From NCBI GenBank assembly GCA_045651285.1, contig JAZRSC010000014.1, forward strand, positions 26,783 through 90,782: 64,000 nucleotides of DNA. Direction: 5' to 3'. This DNA comes from Acutalibacteraceae bacterium. Lineage in GTDB: Bacteria > Bacillota > Clostridia > Oscillospirales > Acutalibacteraceae. Within the stretch, counting starts at the first letter, position 1, and every line of letters starts with the position of its first letter. Positions 55,790 through 63,515 of the stretch are shown in pieces. Below the pieces are notes generated by a model. That model ran no database searches. It worked only from the letters and a program-made list of their open reading frames with translations, and was not told where the DNA came from. The position numbers were made by a program, and so were the translations under genes.

Positions 55790-57540
55790 TATTTTACCCC
55801 ACTTTCTATTTTGATTGCACCGAATTTACAACTTGCTATACATTGTCCGCAACGGATACACAATTCATTATTTATAATAAATGATTTTTTGATTTCACCT
55901 CTTATTGCCTTGTTAGGACATTTTTTGCTACAAAGTGAGCAACCTTTGCAAAGTGATTCATCGATATTATAATTGATAAGTGCAGTGCATTTTTTTGCAG
56001 GGCATTTTTTCTCATTTATGTGTGCCAAATATTCATCTTTAAAATATTTAATAGTAGTAAGTACAGGGTTTGGTGCAGAATTACCAAGACCACAAAGTGC
56101 ACCTGTTTTAATGCTCTCAGCCAATTCTAAAAGAACATCAACATCACTTTCAGAACCTTCGCCATCAACTATTCTTTCTAATATTTCAAGCATACGGGTA
56201 GTACCAATTCTGCAAGGTACACATTTACCACAGCTTTCTTTACTTGTAAAATCCATAAAGAATTTTGCCATATCTACCATACAGGTATTTTCGTCCATAA
56301 CGACCATACCACCAGAGCCCATAATAGCTCCTGTTTTTGCTATGCTTTCATAGTCAATTGATGTAGAAAGCATATCTTTTGGAATACAACCACCACTAGG
56401 TCCACCCATTTGAACGGCTTTAACCTCTGCATCGTCTATAATTCCACCACAGATATCAAACACGATTTTTTCAATAGTAATACCCATAGGCACTTCAACA
56501 AGTCCACCGCGTTTTACTCTGCCTGCTAATGCGAAAACTTTAGTACCCTTACTGTTTTCTGTACCCATTTCCGAGAATGCACTACCACCATTTTCAATAA
56601 TCCATGAAACATTTGCAAATGTTTCAACATTATTTATGTTAGTTGGTTGCTTTCTGAAACCTTTTTGTGCAGGGAAAGGTGGTTTTGTAACAGGCATACC
56701 TCTGTTACCGCCCAATGATGCTAAAAGTGCAGTTTCTTCACCACAAACGAATGCACCTGCGCCCATCATAATTGAAAAATCGAAATTGAAGCCACTATTT
56801 AAAATATTTTTACCTAAAAGGTTCTTTTCTCTTAATTCATCAATTGCTAATTGCAATCTTTTAACTGCTAACGGATATTCTGCACGAACATATATAATAC
56901 CCTGTGACGCACCGATAGCAACACCTGCAATCATCATACCTTCAAGAACCCTGTGTGGGTCACTCTCTAAAACTGCTCTGTCCATAAATGCACCCGGGTC
57001 ACCTTCGTCTGCATTACAAACAACATATTTCTGGTCTGACTGTGAATTTTTTGCAGATTGCCATTTAAAGTGTGTAGGGAAACCAGCTCCCCCACGACCA
57101 CGAAGACCTGAAATTTTTATTTCTTCAATTATTTTGTCAGAACCCATTTCTAATGCTTTTTTGAATGCATCATATCCACCCATTGAAATGTATGAGTCAA
57201 TACTTTCAGGGTTCACCTTACCACAACCAGAAAGAACAATTCTTTTCTGACTATTAAGAAAATTCAATTCTTCATCAGTAAATTTATTATTCTCTGGTAA
57301 CTCACCTTTCAAAACACTCTCTGCAAGTGCTTTTGCACTTTCTTTATTAAGTCTTCCATAAAGTATGCTATTACCATTATCATCAATAACTTCAACAATA
57401 GGTTCTGCGAAACAAAGACCATTACAACCGACTTTTTCAACAGAATATTCTGTGTTTTTTAATATTTCGTTAAGCCCCTCAAGAACAAAATCTGCACCAG
57501 AAGCAATACCACAAGAGCCATACCCTAATAAAAATCTCAT
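55789..57540 (-). CDS. NuoF-like flavoprotein (StnB/HydB-like)
   Basis: 583 aa. GRGGAGFPTHFKW, ESCGKCVPCR and two C-terminal ferredoxin motifs. Paralogue of 15632-17437. Confidence 0.75.
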   Translation of the reverse strand: MRFLLGYGSCGIASGADFVLEGLNEILKNTEYSVEKVGCNGLCFAEPIVEVIDDNGNSILYGRLNKESAKALAESVLKGELPENNKFTDEELNFLNSQKRIVLSGCGKVNPESIDSYISMGGYDAFKKALEMGSDKIIEEIKISGLRGRGGAGFPTHFKWQSAKNSQSDQKYVVCNADEGDPGAFMDRAVLESDPHRVLEGMMIAGVAIGASQGIIYVRAEYPLAVKRLQLAIDELREKNLLGKNILNSGFNFDFSIMMGAGAFVCGEETALLASLGGNRGMPVTKPPFPAQKGFRKQPTNINNVETFANVSWIIENGGSAFSEMGTENSKGTKVFALAGRVKRGGLVEVPMGITIEKIVFDICGGIIDDAEVKAVQMGGPSGGCIPKDMLSTSIDYESIAKTGAIMGSGGMVVMDENTCMVDMAKFFMDFTSKESCGKCVPCRIGTTRMLEILERIVDGEGSESDVDVLLELAESIKTGALCGLGNSAPNPVLTTIKYFKDEYLAHINEKKCPAKKCTALINYNIDESLCKGCSLCSKKCPNKAIRGEIKKSFIINNELCIRCGQCIASCKFGAIKIESGVK

Positions 57541-58034
57541 TTTACTGCCTCCTGTTCTCTTATAGACTCTAATATTTCTACTACCTTTTCACTTGTCAAT
57601 TTACCATAGGCAGTATCATTTATCATCATAGCAGGTGAAATACTGCAACAACCAAGACACGCAACCTCTTCCCATGAGAAAAGTCCGTCCTCTGTAATAT
57701 CGCCTGCTTCAATACCCAAGGTTCTTCTTAAAGTATCAGCAACTCTTTCGCCACCATTAACATGACATGCTGTACCCATACAAACCATAATTCTGTATTT
57801 ACCTATAGGTTTAAGGCGAAAGCCTGCGTAAAATGAGGCAACACCTAAAATTTTGCTACTCGCAATACCAGTTAATTCGGTAATGCATTTTACACTTTCT
57901 TCTGATATATATCCAACAAGTGCCTGAACCTCTTGCAGAATTGCAATAAGACTTTCAGACGGATTGTTATATTTTTCAATAATTGATTTGATTTGTGATT
58001 TTAATTCACAAGACATTTTCATTACTCCAATCAA
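57537..58034 (-). CDS. NuoE-like [2Fe-2S] protein (StnA/HydC-like)
   Basis: About 160 aa. CMGTACHVNG...CLGCCSISPAM. 4-nt overlap with the NuoF-like gene. The true start may be an internal Met (MKMSCEL). Confidence 0.75.
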   Translation of the reverse strand: MIGVMKMSCELKSQIKSIIEKYNNPSESLIAILQEVQALVGYISEESVKCITELTGIASSKILGVASFYAGFRLKPIGKYRIMVCMGTACHVNGGERVADTLRRTLGIEAGDITEDGLFSWEEVACLGCCSISPAMMINDTAYGKLTSEKVVEILESIREQEAVK

Positions 58035-58150
58035 AAATAGGTAAACTATATAATACTACAAATTCCCTTGTTTTTCAATAAAATATTAAAATTTATAAAT
58101 ACCCTTTACTTTTATTGAAAATACAAGTAAAATGATAATCGGTGATTAAA

Positions 58151-58795
58151 ATGAAAGAATTTAACTATTATATTTTTGATTTTGACGGAACATTAGTTGA
58201 CTCGTCAGAAGGCATTTACAATTCTATTATTTACGCTTTAAAAGAATTTGGAATTGAAGAAAACGACAGAGAAAAACTACGTTATTTTATAGGACCACCT
58301 CTTTTCCATTCATTTAAGCACATTTATGGTGTAAATGATGAAGAAGCAAACTGGCTTGTTGCAAAATACAGAGAACGCTATAAAGTCAAAGGCTGTGCTG
58401 AGTCAGTCGTATATGATGGTGTCCCTGAAATGCTCAAAGTTTTAAAAGAAAAAGGCAAAAAAATTGCTATTGCATCTTCAAAACCGAAACAGTTTGTTGA
58501 TGAAATTTCAAAACATCTTGGTATTTTTGACTATTACGATTATGTGTCTGCTGAGAGTTTTGATAAAACACATTCGAGTAAGGAAGATTTAATAAACAAT
58601 GTTTTGGACCATTTCGGTAATCCGCCGAAAGAACAATGTTTAATGATTGGCGACAGATTTTATGATATTGATGGTGCTAAGGCAACCAATTTGGACTCTG
58701 CCGGTGCTCTTTTTGGTTTAGGTGAAGTCGAAGAATTAACTAAAGCAGGTGCGACATATTTACTTTATAAGCCTGATGATTTATTAGAGTTTTAG
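58151..58795 (+). CDS. HAD-superfamily hydrolase (phosphoglycolate phosphatase-like)
   Basis: YIFDFDGTLVDS (motif I), ASSKP (motif II) and GDRFYDIDGA (motif IV). ATG at 58151 preferred over the track's GTG at 58142. Confidence 0.75.
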   Translation: MKEFNYYIFDFDGTLVDSSEGIYNSIIYALKEFGIEENDREKLRYFIGPPLFHSFKHIYGVNDEEANWLVAKYRERYKVKGCAESVVYDGVPEMLKVLKEKGKKIAIASSKPKQFVDEISKHLGIFDYYDYVSAESFDKTHSSKEDLINNVLDHFGNPPKEQCLMIGDRFYDIDGAKATNLDSAGALFGLGEVEELTKAGATYLLYKPDDLLEF

Positions 58796-58810
58796 AAAAC
58801 ACCTTAACAT

Positions 58811-59088
58811 GTGCTGAATACTGAACAAAGTAGTGCTGAATGCTGGGTGCTGAGTGCTGAGTTTAGGAAGGCTTCGCCTTGATTGTAATTTAATATGAAT
58901 AACAAAAACTACATTCTCTCATTTTTAGTTAATAAAATTTAAATGATAGAATGTAGTTGTTTTTATAATATTACAATGCCAACGCAGTTCCAAAATTGTG
59001 CATTATGCATTGTGACTTGTGCATTTTACAATGCTGACCGCAGGTCCCGAAATTCAGCGCTCAGCACTCAGCACTCAGCATTCAGCAC
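58811..59088 (+). repeat. composite 3'-flank element, copy E (between HAD hydrolase and the convergent small feo gene; arrays on both sides are mutually inverted)
   Basis: (CTG-N4) array 58814-58859; box TTTAGGAAGGCTTCGCCTTGATTGTAATTTAATATGAATAA 58862-58902; hairpin AACTACATTCTCTCATTT...AAATGATAGAATGTAGTT 58908-58957; (TGCA-N3)x4 at 58999-59023; (TCAG-N3)x5 at 59054-59085. Confidence 0.85.
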
Positions 59089-59228
59089 TTTTTACAATTC
59101 TTCGAATTGCAAGTTTTCGCATTCGGGCAACCAATACACTTTTCGCCTTTTTTCTTTGCTTTTATCACATAACCGATAGCCGCACCTAAAATCAATACAA
59201 GAACTGCTATAATGATAAAGTTTTCCAT
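59082..59228 (-). CDS. FeoB-associated Cys-rich small membrane protein
   Basis: Below the ORF-track cutoff. The minus strand gives MENFIIIAVLVLILGAAIGYVIKAKKKGEKCIGCPNAKTCNSKNCKKC (48 aa): one TM helix plus a Cys-rich tail, 17 nt downstream of feoB. That architecture and position match the FeoB-associated family. Confidence 0.7.
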   Translation of the reverse strand: MENFIIIAVLVLILGAAIGYVIKAKKKGEKCIGCPNAKTCNSKNCKKC

Positions 59229-59245
59229 ATTTTTACTCCCATAAA

Positions 59246-61252
59246 TTATTTTGTTGTTTTTTCTTTAGCTTTTAAAGTATATTGAACTTCAATTTTCTTA
59301 TTTGCTCTTACAATAAGCATCACAATAATTGCAATAAATGCCACTACCGCAATTAAGCCACCTAAGAAACCTGCGCCAACAGAACCAGTTGTTATATATG
59401 TACCAATCTGGTAAACGAGAAAACCAATTGTAAAGCCTGTGCTTAATTGAAGTACTATACCACCCCAAAACCATTTTGCACTTTTCATTTCTGAATTCAT
59501 AGCACCGAGTGCTGCAAAGCACGGTGGTGTATAAAGGTTAAACATAAGAAATGCTAAAGCGGCAGGAGCTGTAAGCCCCATTATTGTAGCAACCTCTGAT
59601 GCACCGCCCTCTAAAACAAGCTCATCAACATTTATAAAGTTTGTGATGCTAAAACACACTGCAAGAGTACCAACAACATTTTCCTTTGCAATAAAGCCTG
59701 TAATAGCCGCCGCCGCTAATTGCCAAGAAAGAATACCAACAACAGGAACAAGAAGATATGCAAACGGTGAAGCGATAGATGCTAAAATTGAAGCATCTGC
59801 AGTTTCTGCAATCTGGAATTTCCAGGTAAATGTCTGCATAATCTGAACAGCAGTATTACAAATAAGAATAACTGTTGCCGCTTTGACAACATAAGCCCAG
59901 CCACGACTGCACATTGATTGGAATGCTCTAAAAAAACTTGGGACTTTATATTCAGGAAGTTCAATAATAAAAAATGATTTTCTCACTTTGTACCCCGAAA
60001 CTTTATTTACAAGCAATGCACCAAAAAATATAAGCACAATACCTGCAAAATACATAACAGGGCCTACCCATTTTGCATCACCGAAAAATACGCCAGAGAA
60101 AAGTGCTATAACTGGAAGTTTTGCACCACAAGGCATAAATGGTGCGAGCATAGCAGTTGCTCTGCGTTCTCGTTCATTACGGATTGTTCTGCAAGCCATA
60201 ACACCTGGTACTGCACAACCGGTTGTTATTACAAACGGAATAATAGATTTACCTGAAAGACCAACTTTTTTGAAAATCGGGTCTAAAACAACCGAAGCAC
60301 GAGCCATATAACCACAGTCTTCAAGAAGTGCTATAAGGAAATACATTACCATAACAAGTGGTAAGAATCCAATAACAGCGATTACACCACCGATAACACC
60401 ATCAACTAAAAGAGCTGAGAGCAATGGATTTGCATTTTCGAAAAGTCCTCCAATCCATTCCTGACCAACTTCTAACCAACCCACTAATAAATCTGCAATC
60501 CATACACCAGGACCATACTGTGAAATCCAGAGTACTAAGAACATTACAACTGCAAAAATAGGAAGACCTACCCATTTGTTTGTTATTACTGAATCGATTT
60601 TATCCTGGAAATTTCTGTCTTTTGTAAAGAATTTTCGTGTTTCAACATCTTTAACAATAGATTTTACAAACTGAAAACGCTTTTTATCGACATCTTTAAC
60701 CTGACTTTTGCTTGTTAAATCAATATTACCTTGAGTGAAAGGTGCAAACTGACCTTTACCAATACTGTCAATTGCAAGATTCAGAACTTTCTCAATCCCA
60801 TCAGAAGATGTTGAAACAGTTTCAACAACAGGACAGTTTATTTTTTTGCTTAAAAGCTCTGTATTTATTTGATTTTGTTTTTTCTTATTCAAATCACTTT
60901 TGTTAAGTGCTATAACAACAGGAATATTAAGTTCTGAAAGTTGAGTAGTAAAGAAAAGACTTCGGCTTAAATTTGTAGCGTCAACAATATTTATAATTGC
61001 ATCAGGTTTTTCATTTACTATATAATCTCGGGTTACAGTTTCTTCACTCGTAAAAGGCGACATTGAGTAGGCACCGGGAAGGTCAACTATAATAAGTTCA
61101 TCCTTTCCGGTGTACAAATTCCTTTTTACACTGTGTTCTTTTTTCTCAACTGTAACACCTGCCCAGTTACCAACTTTTTCGTTAGCACCTGTTAATGCAT
61201 TGAACATTGTTGTTTTACCGCTGTTCGGATTACCCGCCAAAGCAATTCGCAT
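59246..61252 (-). CDS. feoB: ferrous iron transporter FeoB
   Basis: 668 aa. N-terminal G-domain (IALAGNPNSGKTTMFNALTG, DLPG, NKSD) followed by a polytopic membrane domain. Confidence 0.95.
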   Translation of the reverse strand: MRIALAGNPNSGKTTMFNALTGANEKVGNWAGVTVEKKEHSVKRNLYTGKDELIIVDLPGAYSMSPFTSEETVTRDYIVNEKPDAIINIVDATNLSRSLFFTTQLSELNIPVVIALNKSDLNKKKQNQINTELLSKKINCPVVETVSTSSDGIEKVLNLAIDSIGKGQFAPFTQGNIDLTSKSQVKDVDKKRFQFVKSIVKDVETRKFFTKDRNFQDKIDSVITNKWVGLPIFAVVMFLVLWISQYGPGVWIADLLVGWLEVGQEWIGGLFENANPLLSALLVDGVIGGVIAVIGFLPLVMVMYFLIALLEDCGYMARASVVLDPIFKKVGLSGKSIIPFVITTGCAVPGVMACRTIRNERERRATAMLAPFMPCGAKLPVIALFSGVFFGDAKWVGPVMYFAGIVLIFFGALLVNKVSGYKVRKSFFIIELPEYKVPSFFRAFQSMCSRGWAYVVKAATVILICNTAVQIMQTFTWKFQIAETADASILASIASPFAYLLVPVVGILSWQLAAAAITGFIAKENVVGTLAVCFSITNFINVDELVLEGGASEVATIMGLTAPAALAFLMFNLYTPPCFAALGAMNSEMKSAKWFWGGIVLQLSTGFTIGFLVYQIGTYITTGSVGAGFLGGLIAVVAFIAIIVMLIVRANKKIEVQYTLKAKEKTTK

Positions 61253-61269
61253 AAACTCTCTCCTGTTCC

Positions 61270-61288
61270 GGTTAGCAATCGCTAACTG
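61270..61288. promoter_or_regulatory. DtxR/IdeR-type operator-like palindrome between feoA and feoB
   Basis: GGTTAGC-AATC-GCTAACTG, with the same half-sites as the two sites upstream of feoA. Confidence 0.5.
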
Positions 61289-61307
61289 TTATACAAAATT
61301 TTAAAAA

Positions 61308-61520
61308 TCATACTGTAATTGACTCTGCTAATGGTTTATCTATATTATATCTTCCATCTTTAATAGCAACTATTAAACTACTCTTTAAACGAGAAATAAC
61401 TGTAATAGGTTCTCCGCTATAACAACCCAAAGTAAAGAGAAATGAGTCTATTTCATCATCATTAGTATGAATATCTTTAACTAAATATTCTTTTCCCGGT
61501 TCTGCACCAAATAAAGTCAT
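61308..61520 (-). CDS. feoA: FeoA family protein
   Basis: 70 aa, SH3-like FeoA size and position directly upstream of feoB. LGCYSGEPITVISR...IVAIKDGRYNI. Confidence 0.85.
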   Translation of the reverse strand: MTLFGAEPGKEYLVKDIHTNDDEIDSFLFTLGCYSGEPITVISRLKSSLIVAIKDGRYNIDKPLAESITV

Positions 61521-61547
61521 AAAATCACTCCTACTCTTATATTATAC

Positions 61548-61565
61548 AGTTAGCGTTCGCTAACT
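61548..61565. promoter_or_regulatory. DtxR/IdeR-type operator-like palindrome, proximal to feoA
   Basis: AGTTAGC-GTTC-GCTAACT, 7-bp perfect arms, 28 nt upstream of the feoA ATG. Confidence 0.6.
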
Positions 61566-61579
61566 CATAGTCTCTAAAT

Positions 61580-61603
61580 AACAGTTAGCAATCGCTAACT
61601 GTT
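61580..61603. promoter_or_regulatory. DtxR/IdeR-type operator-like palindrome overlapping the predicted feoA transcription start
   Basis: AACAGTTAGC-AATC-GCTAACTGTT, 10-bp perfect arms, starting 4 nt downstream of the predicted -10. Confidence 0.6.
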
Positions 61604-61606
61604 ATT

Positions 61607-61635
61607 AGTTTATCATTTTTGTAAATATTTGTCAA
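61607..61635 (-). promoter_or_regulatory. putative sigma-A promoter of feoA-feoB
   Basis: The minus strand reads TTGACA (61635-61630), 17 nt, TAAACT (61612-61607). Confidence 0.4.
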
Positions 61636-61767
61636 CAAAATTTTGTCGGATTTTAAGTCCGGATTTTAAATTTGTCATAATGCTCAAATCGTGTTTTTAA
61701 TTTCTTGATTTTTTTTGGTAAATATGTTATTCTTAACAAAGATAATTCTTACAAAAGAGGTGAAACC

Positions 61768-62124
61768 ATGGCTTTAAAAGAATCAGGCGAAATGTACCTT
61801 GAAACTATTTATGTATTAAATAAAAAGAGCGACTCTGTGCGTTCTATTGATGTCTGTGAATATATGGGCTACTCAAAGCCAAGTGTTTCACGTGCAGTAG
61901 GGCTTTTAAAAAATGCAGATTTAGTAAATGTAAGTAAAGAGGGATATTTAACTCTCACAAAAAGTGGCGAAGAAACTGCAAAAAAACTTTTTGAACGACA
62001 CACAGTAATTTCAGAATTTTTAATATCTTTGGGTGTAGATGAAGAAACTGCAACTGAGGATGCTTGTAGAATTGAGCATGTTATAAGTGACAAATCATTT
62101 GAAGCGATAAAAAACAGAGTCTAA
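61768..62124 (+). CDS. DtxR-family metal-dependent transcriptional repressor (short, no SH3 domain)
   Basis: 118 aa from the ATG at 61768 (AGAGGTGA RBS). ESGEMYLETIYVL...SVRSIDVCEYMGYSKPSVSRAVGLLKNADLV (winged HTH) and FERHTVISEFL...ACRIEHVIS (metal and dimerisation region). Confidence 0.8.
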   Translation: MALKESGEMYLETIYVLNKKSDSVRSIDVCEYMGYSKPSVSRAVGLLKNADLVNVSKEGYLTLTKSGEETAKKLFERHTVISEFLISLGVDEETATEDACRIEHVISDKSFEAIKNRV

Positions 62125-62400
62125 GGTAACGGGAGCCGAACACCGCACGGTTTTGGAAGACAAAAACCCTCACTAACATCGTCAAAACTCTTGAAATACG
62201 CAAGTATTCCTGCGAGTTTTTCCTTGTTACTGAAAATTTTTATGTCTTACAAAACTGCTTGCACCTAAAGTTGTAAAGATTTTGGTGCAGTAAGGTGTTT
62301 CTTTGGCGTAGTCATACTGACGTATAACAAGACAAAAAACGGCTTAATGTGCCGAAAGATTTAAATTTTAGGCGTACGGGGTTCGACTCCCGTCACCTTA
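62122..62400 (+). other. 279-nt element bounded by 28-nt imperfect inverted repeats (MITE-like element or structured RNA; unresolved)
   Basis: TAAGGTAACGGGAGCCGAACACCGCACG (62122-62149) matches the reverse complement of CGTACGGGGTTCGACTCCCGTCACCTTA (62373-62400) at 24/28 positions. Internal local hairpins at 62183-62219, 62257-62289 and 62339-62353. Followed by a strong terminator. Confidence 0.5.
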
Positions 62401-62406
62401 AATAAT

Positions 62407-62436
62407 AAAAACGGATGCGAAAGCATCCGTTTTTTG
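62407..62436. terminator. bidirectional intrinsic terminator (DtxR unit / cheB)
   Basis: AAAA-ACGGATGC-GAAA-GCATCCGT-TTTTT. Confidence 0.8.
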
Positions 62437-62446
62437 TCATTTTTTG

Positions 62447-63496
62447 TTATTTATTATTTTTATTAATCTGATAAATTACTTCTGAACCTATCTGGTCTAA
62501 TGGAAGTTGACGGGAGATACCGCCGATTTTATATGCTTCCATCGGCATACCGTAAACAACGCAAGTTTCTTTATCCTGCCCAATTGTATAAGCACCTGTA
62601 TCTTTAAGGAATTTAATGCCCTTTGCACCATCTGCACCCATACCTGTAAGAATAACACCAACTGCATTTTTACCTGCTGTTTTAGCCACAGAATCAAACA
62701 TTACATCAACTGACGGACAGTGTCCGCTTACTTTTTCACCGCGTTGGCTTCTGATGTAATAGCCTTTGGCGTCTTCTTTTAAAGTAAGGTGGAACTCACC
62801 TGCTGCGATAATAATCTGTCCTGGTACAACTCTGTCAAAATCCTCTGCTTCTTTAACACGCATTTTACAGATTTTATCTAGTCTCTGAGCATAAAGGTCT
62901 GTAAATTTAGGTGGCATATGCTGAACGATTACAACGCCCGGTGTATTTGCAGGAAAATCTTTAACAACTTCAATAATTGCTTCTGTACCGCCTGTTGAAG
63001 CACCAATGGCAATAACAGATTTGCTACCTGCCTTAACACTCACCATTGAAGCAAGAGCGCTTGTTGCCTGAGTTTTTTGTGCAATCTCTGCAACGGGCTT
63101 CATTCTTTTAACTTTTGCCTTTGAAGCAACTTTTACTTTTTCTGTTAATTCTATAAAGAATTCTTTTATAGCCTCCTGACTTGCATCAGGTTTTTTAACA
63201 AAATCAACCGCACCTGCATCAAGAGCATCGAGAGCATTTATAGGAAGTGAACTTACAACAACAACGGGAATCGGTCTTTTAGGAATAAGTGTTTTCAAAA
63301 ACTCTATTCCGTTCATACCAGGCATTTCAACATCAAGAGTAACAACATCCGGATTTAACTCCTCGATTTTACCCATTGCGTCTTTTGCGTTAATTGCACT
63401 ACCAACAACCTCTATATCTTTATCCTGACTGAGTGACAATTGTAATTTGGTTCTAAAAATAATAGAATCATCAACTACAAGAACACGAATAGACAA
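62447..63496 (-). CDS. cheB: chemotaxis response regulator protein-glutamate methylesterase CheB
   Basis: 349 aa. Receiver domain (VLVVDDS...DVVTLDVEMPGMNG) plus a methylesterase domain (IGASTGG, HMPP..T, GMGADG). Confidence 0.9.
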   Translation of the reverse strand: MSIRVLVVDDSIIFRTKLQLSLSQDKDIEVVGSAINAKDAMGKIEELNPDVVTLDVEMPGMNGIEFLKTLIPKRPIPVVVVSSLPINALDALDAGAVDFVKKPDASQEAIKEFFIELTEKVKVASKAKVKRMKPVAEIAQKTQATSALASMVSVKAGSKSVIAIGASTGGTEAIIEVVKDFPANTPGVVIVQHMPPKFTDLYAQRLDKICKMRVKEAEDFDRVVPGQIIIAAGEFHLTLKEDAKGYYIRSQRGEKVSGHCPSVDVMFDSVAKTAGKNAVGVILTGMGADGAKGIKFLKDTGAYTIGQDKETCVVYGMPMEAYKIGGISRQLPLDQIGSEVIYQINKNNK

Positions 63497-63515
63497 CTAA
63501 TTCACCGACTTTCAA

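Noticed and set aside
61644-61670. Tandem direct repeat CGGATTTTAAGT / CCGGATTTTAAAT upstream of the DtxR-family gene, as a possible second regulator site.
   Set aside because: There are only two short AT-rich copies and no palindromy or known motif, so the evidence is insufficient to call a site.
62122-62400. Possible tmRNA (ssrA) or tRNA, because of the GGTTCGACTCC T-arm-like string followed by ...CACC near a terminator.
   Set aside because: No GGGG 5' end, no G3-U70 pair (the third acceptor pair would be U-A with an A.C mismatch next to it) and no encoded CCA. The T-loop would be 8 nt. There is no UUCGAC D-analogue and no plausible ...A-L-A-A tag reading frame. At about 279 nt it is short for a tmRNA. 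The T-arm-like string is better explained as part of a 28-nt inverted repeat.
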